Translations under genes and position numbers: made by a program
Notes under the pieces: generated by a model
What the model was told of the DNA's origin: nothing
Database searches by the model: none
Seen by the model: the letters and a program-made list of their open reading frames with translations, nothing else
Shown here: positions 28,286-41,795 of the stretch, in pieces
Layout: each line of letters opens with the position of its first letter
Numbering within the stretch: the first letter of the stretch is position 1
Source of the DNA: Octopus sinensis
Lineage: Eukaryota
Direction: 5' to 3'
DNA: 63,979 bases
Assembly (NCBI RefSeq): GCF_006345805.1
Contig: NC_043001.1
Coordinates: 76,074,001-76,137,979 of the forward strand

Positions 28286-28467
28286 GTTATTATTATTATA
28301 TTATTATTATTATTATTATTATATTATTATTATTATTATATTATTATTATTTTACATCCCACAGCTCTCGGTTTTACTTGCTCTGATTGATTCTATGAGA
28401 GCGGACAGCAACTTGTTGTCAGGAGGTTCACGGGGTCTCTCCTGTATTCTTATTATTATTATTATTA

Positions 28468-28521
<54 letters not shown>

Positions 28522-28523
<2 letters not shown>

Positions 28524-29074
28524 TTCCGATTGATCTGCATATTATTTTATCTTCTGGCCGGATCTCAACCAGAGACCTTATGCGCGTATATATTAGATGG
28601 AGAGAAATTTCTTGAAAATGTTGAGTCTCATAAATTGTTGATTTCCCAGAAATCTGGTCAAAAAATTTGTCAGTGTCCTTTTTAATCATTCCTAGGGCAT
28701 CTACAACAACAGCGATGGTTTTGGTTTTTAATTGACATGTCCTACATATCTCACTCTCAAGGTCCTTATATTTCAACAGTTTTCCAAACTCCTTTGCTGA
28801 GATGTTTCTATCAGCAGGCACTATCATATTAATTAACAGCCATGCTTTTTTGTCTTTTGTCTTTAATGACGGTGTCTGGTCGGTTAGCACTTATTTACCT
28901 GTCTGTACGTATCTCATAATCCCAAAGGATGGTAACACTTTCTTCCTCAGTGACTGGCTCTAGATGGTGCTCATACCAGTTTTTAGGGTGCGAAATATCA
29001 TAGTGATGGCATACGCTACAGTGCAAGTACTGGCTAACTTGATCGTGCCTGGTTTTATATTCTGTAGGTGCAGA
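28522..29074 (-). mobile_element. R4/Dong-like retrotransposon 3' fragment flanked by (TAA)n on both sides
   Basis: EYKTRHDQVSQYLH...WYEH...ILWDYEIRTDR*ISANRPD...PADRNISAKEFGKLLKYKDLESEICR...VVVDALGMI. Confidence 0.8.
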
Positions 29075-29109
29075 ATTATTATTATTATTATTGTTATTAT
29101 TATTATTAT

Positions 29110-29148
<39 letters not shown>

Positions 29149-29809
29149 ATCAAAATTAAAATAAGAGTAGAATACATGTATCGCCAAGATAATTTACATA
29201 AATGAATCGAAATCGAACAAAGAGAATGAAATTAGAGTTACCAGTAGCACATATTTCAAATCAAGGTCAAACAGGGGTTTACTAAATGTCATAAAGATAA
29301 ATTCTCTATTTATTAAAATCATTTCTGCTTCCAAAGAAAACAGACCAATCGATTTGTAGTAGTTAGCACTAAGTCGAAATGAGAAAGCGAGATAATGCCG
29401 AGAATCAGGATTCCTCCAAAAGTTACATACCGTTAAGAAAAAGACAATCATCTGATTGTTTGGAGACATGAGAACAGCTGTGGATTGCCTTGACCTTTTC
29501 ACCAGTGTGAAAGTCTGAATAGTCATGTCTCAAATAACTGTGACTAAGTCGTTGTCATGTACCGAGCTTAGAACATGTTTATAACCTCTTCTTATCTGTT
29601 GTCACTGCGATATGTCAGTGTAGTGACAAGTTGACATAGCAGCTTATCATGCTGTGGATATACTTGAATCTAATAAGGAGCCAGAAATGTTGTAGGGGAA
29701 TTGTCTCTCTCAGTTTACTGGTTGCATAGACTGTAAGTTGCTGCTCTGCTACTGCTTCTGCCAAAACTACTGCTACTACTTCCTCTTCTTGTTCTATAGG
29801 TACACACAC

Positions 29810-31102
29810 AGTGTCATCTCATAAATAATGTGTTTTTTTTATACTTTATTTTTCAAAATTAAGATAAACAAAGATCTTTTTTAATCTAATATATACTTTC
29901 CTTCTTTTTTCTACAATGCTCTTCCATCTATCTGGTAGACTTGCAAGGCCCCTATTCCGAAATTCACTTGTCCGTGACGAAACATTCTCTTCCAGTACTG
30001 TTCTGACCTCATCTACAGAATTCATATTTTTTCCGTCCAAATGATTTTGAAGACTGTGGAATAGATGATAATCAGATGAAGGAATGTCTGGTGAAAATGG
30101 TGGGTGGGGCATCGTTTCCAATTCAAACTGCTCCAGTCTTTGGAATGTCATCCTCGCTGTATGTGGCCGAGCATTATTCTGATTGAAACATTATACTTTG
30201 GATTTCGTCATGAAACCAAAGATGGTCATTTTTCTTCAAGCGCTGACTTAAGCCGCTCAAGCTACTCACATTAGATCGCCCTTGTTATCGCTTGGTTTGG
30301 GTTTATAAGTTCAAAGTGAGCTAAGCCTTTCATATCCCACCAAACAGATGACAACACCTTACGTGGGTGAAGACCTTCATTAGACTGAGGTGCCAGTGTT
30401 TCTCCTTTCCCTACCCACTGTCTTCAGTACTTGGCGTTTTTATAGGGAACCCATTTCTCGTTACCAGTCACTATTCGGTCCAGGAAAGGTTCATTCGTGA
30501 GAAGTGACAGCAAAGAAGAGCACACATTTATTCTCTGCGGGCGATTAGACATGGAAAGTTTGTGAAGAACCCATTGATCCAATTTGCTGACTTTTCTGAT
30601 GGCACGCAGGTGTCGATGACTGGTTGAATAAACAAAGCCAAGCTTCTCTGCTAGTCCTCAACAGTTACGATGGGATTTTGTTCCACCAGTGTTTGCAGGA
30701 CATCCTCGTCGAGCTCCACAGATCTTCCAGGATAAGGCTCGTCTTCTAGGCTGTAGTTTCCGGCTCGGAATTTCTGGAACCACCGTTGACACTGGGTTGC
30801 ATTTATTGTTCCATACCCATATACTGCATTGATATTCCTTGCACTTTCCATTGCGTTGATGCTTTAATTGAACTCATAAAATAAACTATGCCAAATATGC
30901 TCCTTTGTCACTTCCATTATAGCTTTGAAAATATAACTGTTAAAATCAAACTGCGCTCTTCAAAACTTGCACTAAGGATAAGAGCAAGGTAAAATTACTG
31001 CCTGCTTTTATAGTAAATTGATGCAGATGGTTTATCTCCTCTCTCTCCGACATTTAATTCATGCAATTGAAAAACAAAAACGCATTGTTTATGGGATCAT
31101 AC
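29810..31102 (-). mobile_element. Near full-length decayed mariner transposon
   Basis: N-terminal ARNINAVYG...QRWFQKFRAGNYSLEDEP, WVLHKL/VTGNEKW-like segments, and HPPFSPDIPSSDYHLFHSLQNHL. Ends are degenerate TIRs. Confidence 0.85.
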
Positions 31103-31527
31103 ATAAAAGTTGTAAATACTTCTATTTGAAAGGATCTGTAGTTATTCTGAAGCAAATTTGGAATGTAATTAAGCATCATAACCGTGGTGCAGCATGTTTA
31201 AAGGAGCTACGAAGTGAGTACAGTACAAACATCTCAGATATGTCTTCGGTGTCCAGAAACACGGGACTGTAATAATTATGTGATCAATAAGATAGATAGA
31301 TAAGAATGTCTCCAAACCTATACATAAGACAGAATGCGCGTATGTCGATTGGGTACTGAGAATAAGGACAAATTAAAATTATTACCTGCCTTGATAGCAA
31401 GTTGATGCAGGTAGTTTATCCCGACTTTTAGTTCATGCAACTGAGAAAACCGCATTATTTATGGGATAATCCTATATTTATGCACAGATGTATCGGTCTG
31501 TATATGTATACATACATGTGAGTATGC

Positions 31528-31559
<32 letters not shown>

Positions 31560-31889
31560 GTGTGTGTGTGTGTGTGCTTGTGTGTGTGTGTTGTGTGTGT
31601 GTGTGCGTGTGTGTGTGTGTGTGTGCGTGCGTGTGCACGTGTGTGTGTGTGTGTGTATGTGCGTGTGTGTGTGTGTGCGTGTGTGTAAATTCATGGCTGT
31701 AGACGCAAGCGAGGGTGTAGACACAGGCAGTGCTCTGTGGTAAGAAGCTTGCTTCCCAAACACATGGTTCCGGGTTCAGTACCACTGCGTTAAATTTGGG
31801 CAAGTGTCTTCTACTATTGTCTCGGGCCAGCCAAAGCCTTCTGAGTGGATTTTGAAGATTAAAGTAACATATATATGTATATATATATG

Positions 31890-31946
<57 letters not shown>

Positions 31947-32169
31947 ATGTTTATATGTATATATATATATCACGTGATCACGTGACCGACCAGACCATCA
32001 GATGTTGTTACACATCGCTGGTCACAATGCGTTCGCATTGTTTTAGCCTTCGAATGACGCCACCCCGAAGAAAGAGTGGGAGAAAGAGTACAGCAGGGAT
32101 CACCCCCCCCCCTGCCGGAGCCTCGTGAAGCTTTTAGGTGTTTTCGCTCAATAAACACTCTTATATATA

Positions 32170-33901
32170 TATATATAAGAATGAGATAAGAAAAACCAAG
32201 GCTGTGTAGATATTAGAACATTTATAGATAGAAGGTCATACAGCTGTTTCCAGGATATCTATTAATTATATCCCATCATCGGAGACAATGTGATAGGATG
32301 ATTAAGTAATACTTAATTTAGATAGGATACACAATAGAGAGTGAGGTGGGGGAAAGAAAATAGATGTGAGGTATGTAGGGATATTGAAGTTGTAGATCCA
32401 TTTTTTAGACAGAATGGTATATATATGTAAGATTCCAATACCTTATGAGTAAAATTCTTATATACACATGCTGACATATGACCAACGTTGAACCCCTTAT
32501 TCGCAATATGTATATATGTATATATAGGGGTAAAATATGAAAAATCAACGAAAATGCATATTGCAAATAAAAAAAGGCTATTTATGACAGGTAACGACAA
32601 ATATATACATTTAGATTGACTGAGGTAGTAATACGAGTCATAAAAGTCATTATTATGAGATGATTATAAGATGATAATAAAGTAAGAGAACAAAACGAAC
32701 CAATGATTTACGCAAAGCTATTCATCGTTTGAACACCGGTTAATACACGGTATCAGATCTAATAGTTCCTAAAAAAAAAAGATTATTTGTGAGGGAGGTA
32801 AGTAGTTCTGGATTATTTGTAAGGGAGGTAAGTAGTTCTGGATTATTTGAAAGGGAAGTAAGTAGTTCTGGATTTAGAGATGTGAGTGGTGTAGGAAGTG
32901 TATAGGGTTTAGTGGTTTCAATTGAAGAGTTAGTGATGTTCTGTATTGAGTTGTGTGTTCATATTTAGTTGGGGGAGAAATTTATTGATGAAAAATGCCT
33001 CTTTATTCAACTTTTATTGCATTGTGGTGTTCTGTGAACATTGGTAAAAGGGAAATATTTGGAAACCGAAGTCACTGAAAAAAATATTAACTAGCGCTAG
33101 ACTTTACCCACTAACGACTGAGCCAAAAGTGACAAAATGTGGACGTTCTAACTGTGGAACATGCCCTCACCTTCTGGAGGGTTCAGAATTCCAATTCAAA
33201 CAAGGAGAAATATTTAAGATCAAATCAAATTTCACCTGCGCCTCAGCAAATGTAATATATGTCATGACATGCATAGGATGTGGTAAACTCTATATTGGAC
33301 AAACAGGAATTTCGCTCCGTCAAAGAATCACCATTCACAAAGAGCAAATCCGTCACCCACAATACAGACAGTTAAAAGTGAGTGAACACATGGAAAGATG
33401 TGCCAGGAATCTTAATCCCAATTTCCAAATATTTCCCTTTTACCAATGTTCACAGAACACAACAATGCAACAAAGGTTGAATAAAGAGGCATTTTTCATC
33501 AATAAATTTCTCCCCCAACTAAATATGAACACACAACTCAATACAGAACACCACTAACTCTTCAATTAAAACCACTAAACCCTATACACTGCCTACACCA
33601 CTCACATCTCTAAATCCAGAACTACTTACCTCCCTTACAAATAATCTTTTTTCTCAGGAACTATTAGACCTGATACCGTGTATTAACCGGTGTTGTTCAA
33701 ACGATGAATAGCTTTGCGTAAATCATTGGTTCGTTTTGTTCTCTTACTTTATTATCATTTTATAATCATCTCATAATAATGGCTTTTATGACTCGTATTA
33801 CTACCTCAGTCAATCTAAATGTATATATTTGTCGTTACCTGTCATAAATAGCCTTTTTCTATTTGCAGTATGCATTTTCGTTGATTTTTCATATTTTACC
33901 C
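32170..33901 (+). mobile_element. 5'-truncated Penelope-like retroelement (Neptune-like) with GIY-YIG endonuclease and inverted pLTR
   Basis: ORF 33129-33557 has CGRSNCGTC...TCASANVIYVMTCIGCGKLYIGQTG...LRQRITIHK...VSEH...KEAFFINKFLPQLN. Arm 32528-33065 is inverted to 33422-33901. Flanks are (TA)n. Confidence 0.85.
32235..32286 (-). ncRNA. Hammerhead ribozyme variant (CCGATGA core) in the inverted pLTR of a Neptune-like PLE
   Basis: Minus strand reads GTCT-CCGATGA-TGGGATAT(loop)ATATCCTG-GAAA-CAGCTG-TA-TGAC. Confidence 0.65.
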
Positions 33902-33950
33902 TTACATTTCCACGTGCATTTTATATTTTCTTTTCGTAATATATTTCTAC

Positions 33951-34030
<80 letters not shown>

Positions 34031-34442
34031 CATATATACATATATATATATACATATATACATATATATATATACATACATACATACATACATACATACT
34101 ACATACATACATACATACTACATACATACATACATGCATGCATATGTGTGTGTGTACATATGGTGTCATGTGCCACACTTTTGCCACATGTAGGTGCTTA
34201 TGTGGTCGGGGACGTATACATACATATGTGTCAGTTTGTGTGTGTGTGTGTACATATACATAGGCGTAGGCATGGCTGTTTGGTAAGAAACTTGCTTCCC
34301 AATCACATAATTTCGGGTTCAGTCCCACTGCTTGGTACCTTGGGTAGCTATCTTCTACTATAGCCTCGAGCCGACCAACGCCTTGTGAGTGGATGTAGTA
34401 GACGGAAACTGAAAGAAGTCTGTTGTGTATATATATATATAC

Positions 34443-34880
34443 TCTGGGCGAATATATTGAAAGATGCGTAAAAGGTAAAACACCGAATTTCCATATTTTT
34501 CCATTATACCAATGCAAAGATTCAATCTCCTTACAAGAACGCCTAAACAAGGAAAACCTATTCATACAAAAGTACAGACCACACTTTAATATACAGACTT
34601 GGCCACTTGATCCTTACACATTCCTATTTCAAAATCAAATATATTTACCACTATTCAATAATGTTGAGGAGGTAGTTGTCCCCCTTGTCATCTATTGTCT
34701 CACTTCATTCTACACTCTCTCCATTCATTCTTACTTTTCAAGAAATCCCAAATGGCGTGATTCCTTTGTCTCAAGTAATGATTACTTCACAATGTCCCTT
34801 GAAAAGCTAATTTAAATAGCGAAAACCGGTTGGATATCACTACATTTTATGAGACTTTTACCATCCATAAAATATGTATA
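34443..34880 (+). mobile_element. Short 3' fragment of a second Neptune-like PLE
   Basis: LGEYIERCVKGKTPNFHIFPLYQC...ERLNKENLFIQKYRPHFN is clearly homologous to the C-terminus of ORF 33129-33557. Confidence 0.7.
34792..34837 (+). ncRNA. Degenerate hammerhead-like relic downstream of a GIY-YIG C-terminal fragment
   Basis: ATGTCC-CTTGAAAA-GCTA(ATTTAAA)TAGC-GAAA-ACCGG-TT-GGATAT, with a mutated core. Confidence 0.4.
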
Positions 34881-35064
34881 TATATATATTATAAAAAGAT
34901 ATTAAAACTATGTGAAATGAAGGTATTTCTCTTCCCCTTTTTATATATGTTTTCTTCATATTTTCACTTCATAATTTTCCCACGTGGTGTATACTGATTC
35001 TCTAGCATTTTTCTCCTTCTAAATTTATATGTGTGTGTGTGTATGTGCATGTATGTATTTATAA

Positions 35065-35141
<77 letters not shown>

Positions 35142-35150
<9 letters not shown>

Positions 35151-36584
35151 ATTTCGGAATGGTCATTTTGCCAGTTTAGCCAATAAAAACACACGCACTA
35201 TATATTTGGTGTTACTTTGCTTCAGTGTTATTTATTTTTTACATTAAACTTAATCTTATTTCGGCCAGAGTTCTTTCGTCACACTCCTGTGACCGCATCA
35301 GTGGTCCTTTGCTTTCTTCTTTCTTATTTGTGTGTCTCTCCTTACTAACCGTCAGCCGTTTTGTATTTCTATTGTATGTGTATTCATTTGCGCATGCGTA
35401 TATCTCTATGTGCGTCTATGTTTAGTTAGTGGGGGGGGGGAATGCCTGTAATATTTGTATCTTCTGTTTATATACGTTCGTGTAATTTGTTTTTGTTTTT
35501 CTTTATTCCTATTTTGTTCATGTGTTTACATCCACTTATTATTATTATTATCATTATTATTATTATTATTATTACATATGCTTGTATGTATGTATGTATA
35601 ACAACAATACTAGTAATAATGATAATAATAATAATAATAATAATAACAACAACAACAATAATAATAATTATTATTATTATTATTTTTAATTTTTTTAGAT
35701 GTATATAGTTATTTACTTCCATTTTTTTTATTTATTTGTGTATTTTATTTTATTATGTTTTCAGAGTGTCATGTTCGTTGGCACTACCCCTAGAGGTGAA
35801 CTGGCATACCGCTTTAGAAGGACCCTAGACAAACTTAAGCTAAGGATTAAGGTTGTTGAAAAGCCAGGCAACCCTATCAAATCCATAATCGGTAGAACCT
35901 ACCCTTTTAGTAGAACCCCCTGTACGGATAGGTACTGTACTGTGTGTAGATTTAGCCCACAAACAAACTGTAAAGCCAGAAATGTAGTCTATAGTATAAG
36001 ATGTATAGAGGGACGGTGCAGTAACAAGACAACGATATACGTAGGGGAAACAGCACGAAGCATAGGAGAGCGAATAAATGAACATTGGAGAGACAAGAGG
36101 AAGGAAAGAGCTCATCAATTATATACCAACACGCTGAGCAGGAACACGGGGGCTCAATCAACAACATAGAAGTTAAAATCTTGTCCACACATAGAACAGA
36201 CGCAACAATCAGACAAATTACGGAAGCTACACACATAATAGGAGATAAACCTAGCCTGAATAGGAAACTGGAATAGAACACTATCACACACCACAACATA
36301 TGACAGAAGAGGATCCCCATAAACTGGTTACAATATAAGCAAAACTGAAAACATAATAAAATAGAATACACAGATAAATAAACAAGTGGAAGTAAATAAC
36401 TATATACATTAAAATTTTTTTTAAATTTATTATTATTATTATTATTACTAGTATTGTTGTTATACATACATACATACATATATACATCCATACATATATA
36501 CATACATACATATATACATACATACATAAATACAAGCATACGTAATAATAATAATAATGATAATAATAATGATAATAATAATAA

Positions 36585-36615
<31 letters not shown>

Positions 36616-37013
36616 AAGAAGCGGACGTAAACACATGAGCAAAATAAGAATAAACAAAAACAAATTACACGAACGTATATAAACAGAAGATACAAATATT
36701 ACATGAATTTCCCCCCACACTCACACACACACACACTAACTAAACATAGAAATATACGCATGCGCAAATGAATACACATACAATAGAAATACAAAATGGC
36801 TGACAGTTAGTAAGGAGAGACACACAAATAAGAAAGAAGAAAGCAAAGGACCACTGATGCGGTCACAGAAGTGTGACGAAAGAACTCTGGCCGAAATAAG
36901 ATTAAGTTTAATGTAAAAAATAAATAACACTGAAGCAAAGTAACACCAAATATATAGTGCGTGTGTTTTTATTGGCTAAACTGACAAAATGACCATTCCT
37001 AAATACAACAATA
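35142..37013 (+). mobile_element. 5'-truncated Penelope-like retroelement (different clade, possibly Nematis-like) with frameshifted GIY-YIG between long inverted pLTR arms
   Basis: 35765-36276 reads PCTDRYCTVC...NCKARNVVYSIRC...C...YVGETARSIGERINEH, then after a frameshift YQHAEQEH...RQITEATHI...LNRKLE. Arm 35142-35764 is inverted to 36345-37013. Confidence 0.85.
36851..36890 (+). ncRNA. Hammerhead-like motif in the PLE 3' pLTR (inverted copy at 35265-35304, minus strand)
   Basis: CCA-CTGATGC-G-GTCACA(GAAG)TGTGAC-GAAA-GAAC-TC-TGG. The core deviates at position 9. It lies downstream of a GIY-YIG ORF. Confidence 0.55.
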
Positions 37014-39769
37014 TCTTTTGCAACACACGATTTCACATAAAAAATCTTGCACAACAAAAATATATATATATATATATATATATATTATTATATATATATA
37101 TATATATATAATATATATGTATTTGTGTGTGTGTGACTGTCTCTTGTCTGTGTGGATGCACGCGCGATTGTATGTGTACCTACGAGTGTATTTGTGCTTG
37201 TTTGTCCCCCACCACCATTCGACAGGTGGTGTTGGCGAGTTTACGTTGCGTAACTCAGCAGCTCGGCAAAGGTGACGGTAGAAAAGTAGCAACCTTTAAA
37301 AAATTTAACAGAATCAATTCATTCCATTCAAAATTATTCAAAATGATGCCCCAGCATGGCTACAGTCTGATAACTGAAACAAGTAAAAGATAAAAGAAAT
37401 AGGCCATATATATATATATATATACAATATTAAGGATTCGAGTGAATCAGGTACTTAAATGACAGGCACAAGGTTGGATCGAATTAACTTGTAAACTGCA
37501 CCATTAGTCGAATAAATATCAAGGGTATCGAAGTAAATCCAGTGAAATATTCAGGTTATGTTCACAAAAAATTTAACCCTGATGAGTATCTTAATAGTTT
37601 ACAAGCTAATCCAAAAGCGTACATTGTATTGGTCGTACGGTATTTGGTTGCAGCAGAATGTCCAGTGAGTCGAGATTCCAGTAAGGTGTATTATGAACAA
37701 ATAAGTAACAAACGATGGCTAAGTGTCCTTTATTACAGCTGTTTCATTACAACGAATTTTTTAATAGATTAATGAGTACATTAGTTCATAACAAAAATGC
37801 TTTCTTCAGATGATGCTTAAAATTTCAAAAAATATAAGAACAACACAACAGGAACCAGTTTGGTTTGCCTGCTGTGGTTGTGTGTTGTTCTTATATTGTT
37901 TGAAATATTATGTATCATCTGAGGAAAGCGTTTTAATTTTTGCTATGATGTAATGTACTTACTCTTTTGCTCATTTAATTGTTTCAGTCATTTGACTGCG
38001 GTCATGCTGGAGCAACGCTTTTAGTCGAGCAAATCGATCCCAGGACTTACTCTGTAAGCCTATTACTTATTCTATCGGTCTATTTTGCCGAACCGCTATG
38101 TTACGGAGACGTAAACACACCAGCATCGGTTGTCAAGCGATGTTGGGGGGACAAACACAGACACAAAAACATATACACACACATACATATACATATATAT
38201 ACATATATACGACGGGCTTCTTTCAGCTTCCGTCTACCAAATCCACTCACGAGGCTATAGTAGAAGACACTTGCCCAAGGTGCCATGCAGTGGGAATGAA
38301 CCCGGAACCATGTGGTACTTATTAATTTATTTTTAAAAAATTCGTTTGAAACGGCTGTAATGAAGTGACACTTATCTATCGTTCGTAATTTATTTGTATA
38401 CATATATATATGTGTGTGTGTGTGTGTTGTGTGTGTGTGTGTGTGTGTGTGTTGAATGTATGTATATATGTATGTATGTATACACTTACACAGTACAAAC
38501 GACAAATCCCTCTTATAACTTGTCTTTACCTAGTGGAATCCATTTCCTGTATACACACACACACACACATATATGTGTGTGTATGCGTGTGTGTGTGTGT
38601 GTGTATACTAGAACTGAAAATTGTGCACGCTCAAAAGAGTTACAGAATGGCAAAATAACCCTTAAAAGATATGGGACTAGCATTGTTGATCAAAAACATT
38701 GGAATCACTATATATTGTACATTCTGTGACATCTTAATACGAAATGAGACTCATGTGTGAGTTATGATGTTACGATAATTATTGAACAGAGTTCTTAATA
38801 TAAAAATTTGGAAATGTACAAAATATGATCTTTAACTTCGAATAAGTAAATTTAATACAATATTCTTCATACTAAAGTATATATAAAAAAAAACATATAT
38901 TAATATATATAGAAGTACCGGTAGAATGATATTCCTGTAGTGCATGCAGACAATTAGATCCTGCTGAATATAAAATCCACTCTTCAGCTATTGAGACATG
39001 TACATTTTATTAAATATACAGTCCATAATATACTTCTCAATTTGCGAAGCGCATGTTCCTAGATAGATGAATATAATATAAAAAAGTAACAACTGAAGGA
39101 CAGGTATCAGTTCATTATGGCCGTTTCTAACGACTCCTTTAATTGATTAATGAATACATTATATCATTATAAAGAAATTGTTTTCTGAAATAATAGTGTA
39201 TTTATATCACAAGGAAAATTATAAATTCAACTCGGACTTACATATGTGCACCTGTGGATCTTAATGTAGTGTAAACGGAATGCTGGTACTTCATATTTCG
39301 TATGTATATGCGGATATATAACACTTTGCATGGTATTGTAGTACTATTGTGACTATATTGCTAATAATGGAATCTATGTATTGTTTTTATAGTATTAGCG
39401 TTATTAATAATAATATGAATGATGATATTGGAAGCATTAGTGGCAACGACAATGATAATGATGCTAACATTAATGACATTTTGGAAATTAATAAGAATTA
39501 ATAGAATGTAATATTGACTCTCTATATCTGCATTTAGGTATTAATATGTGTGTTTTTCTACATTGTAATTATCACAATATTAAGTTGAAAAACTGTAACA
39601 TTGAATGTGGAACATATGTATGTTTGTTAATTTATATTATTTATATCATTATGTATATGTATATTTATATGTATAGGAGTATGAGTATATGCACTCATAT
39701 GTATATGTATATGTTTTATTATGGGTATGTACCCATGCCTATATAAGTATGTATGTAATTTGATTTGTA

Positions 39770-39896
39770 ATCTCCGAAGAGGCCTTAGGATATTTTTGTA
39801 AATGTCTCATTTATAACTACATATTGACCTACCATAAATGGCTAATATAAGTTGAATGAGACATGCTTATCTACATGGCCGAAACAGCTGTAAGAT
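39770..39896 (+). ncRNA. Hammerhead ribozyme variant (CCGAAGA core) with ~100-nt stem II region
   Basis: ATCT-CCGAAGA-GGCC...ATGTCTCATT...AATGAGACAT...GGCC-GAAA-CAGCTG-TA-AGAT. Confidence 0.7.
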
Positions 39897-40308
39897 GTAG
39901 TCTATATTTATATTTATAGTTATGCGTACTTATATTTATTTTCTATTATACGTATTCTACTTATTGTATAACATTACTATTTTATGTACACTCCTACATG
40001 TACACTGTTTTACCCTACATTATTATGTTTAACCTTATAGTGTCTTATGTAGTGGTTTAATAAAGTATGTGATTGAGTATTATCTGGTAATTGATATTTG
40101 ATTTCGATGTTTTTCTCCATTTTCTTATTTTGTATTATGAATTTGTGGTAAAACATTTTACCTTTGCCCATATAATACAATAAATGAATTAATTGTATCG
40201 TAATTCTTAACATTTATGTATTAACATTGTTGGGTACTTCACTAGAAGTATATTGGATATATGTTATCCCATGGAGGGTTGAATTTACAACCCCTATCTC
40301 AATTTGTA

Positions 40309-40362
<54 letters not shown>

Positions 40363-40777
40363 TTAGGTACAATAAATTCAGGGTGAATACTTGATAAATG
40401 TAAGCACTTGTATATGCCAGCTAATAGCATGGGTGATAGAATATATGTATCAAATGAAATAAATGAAAAATAGGACACAAAGGATGTTGCAGTACATATG
40501 TTTCGGGCTTTATAGAACAACTTATTCTTACATCAATGCATAATCGACATAACAGATAGTTCAAAAGCCTTCTTCAGCCGCGTGCAATTGCTACACCAAA
40601 GACTTGTATCACATTATAAAAGGTTTGAGAAAAAAACATTTGGTATTGTTTATAATGGTAGGTAAACCGAGTATCATTGGGAAAGCATGTTTGTAAATCT
40701 TCATAGTCGTACATGGTATTATTAGACTCCAAAACAAATCGTCCATACCGTTTTTCCACTCGAGATAGAATGAATAC

Positions 40778-41627
40778 TCATTCAGATAAAATGCTTAAAT
40801 AGTCTTGACTATTGATTCTACCATGAAGGGAAACCATTGGGCCGGCGGATTTCCAAGATATAGCCCTCCCCCCGATCATCACATATTCTCCACCATATTT
40901 AACAGTTGGAAGAAGGCAGTCTGTGTCAAATGCTAACTTTGGCTGTCTCCACATGTATACTCGGCCGATGGTCGGAAATAAGGTAAATGATGACTCGTCC
41001 GAGAAAATAACATTCTTCCACTGCTCTAGGGACCAATTCTGTAGGTTTTTACTCCACCCTAAACGCATCGCAACGTTTGTTTTGAAAGTAGTGATTTTCT
41101 GTTTGCAGCCCTCCCGTGAAATCCGGCTTTGAACAGCTCTTGGCGAAAAGTTTTTGTGGAAACTTGGTTCTCGGGGTGGTCATTAAGCTCTGCAGTAATT
41201 TTTGGAGTTGTACTTATGTGACCCTTTCTAACAATTCGCGTAAGAGTCCGACGGTCCCTTTCTGAAAGTTTTGGTTTTCTTCCGGAGTTTTGTTTCGACG
41301 AGGAGGTATTTCCCACGTTCTCAAAGGCTGTCATTACTTTCGAGACAGTACTTCTTGATACACCAAACATTTCGGTTGTTTTCTTTATGCTAGCGCCTGC
41401 CATACGAGCACCGACGATTTGACCGCTTTGAAAGTCGTTTTAATGAATTCTAATTACCTTTTTCTGATGATATCTGAAAAGACACAGCAATTTTAGCAAA
41501 ACATATTAAGCATCCCTAATAATATATCAAAAAACATGAAAATAAACAAGCTTTTGGCAGTTTTATAGATATTTTAAAATTATGATGCCATGATGCTAGG
41601 TGTTTCCATTATTTTGTCCAACCCCTG
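40778..41627 (-). mobile_element. Tc1-like transposon, 5' two-thirds
   Basis: 5' TIR CAGGGGTTGGACAAAATAATGG. Motifs NSGRKPKLSERDRR, WKNVIFSDESSF and PTVKYGG. Confidence 0.85.
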
Positions 41628-41628
41628 A

Positions 41629-41676
<48 letters not shown>

Positions 41677-41735
41677 GTATGTACGTATGTATGCATGTAT
41701 GTATGTATGTATGTATGTATAAATATATACATTTG

Positions 41736-41795
<60 letters not shown>

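Noticed and set aside
32781-32872. CRISPR-like ~30-bp repeats
   Set aside because: Head-to-tail tandem units without spacers, in a eukaryotic context with no cas genes.
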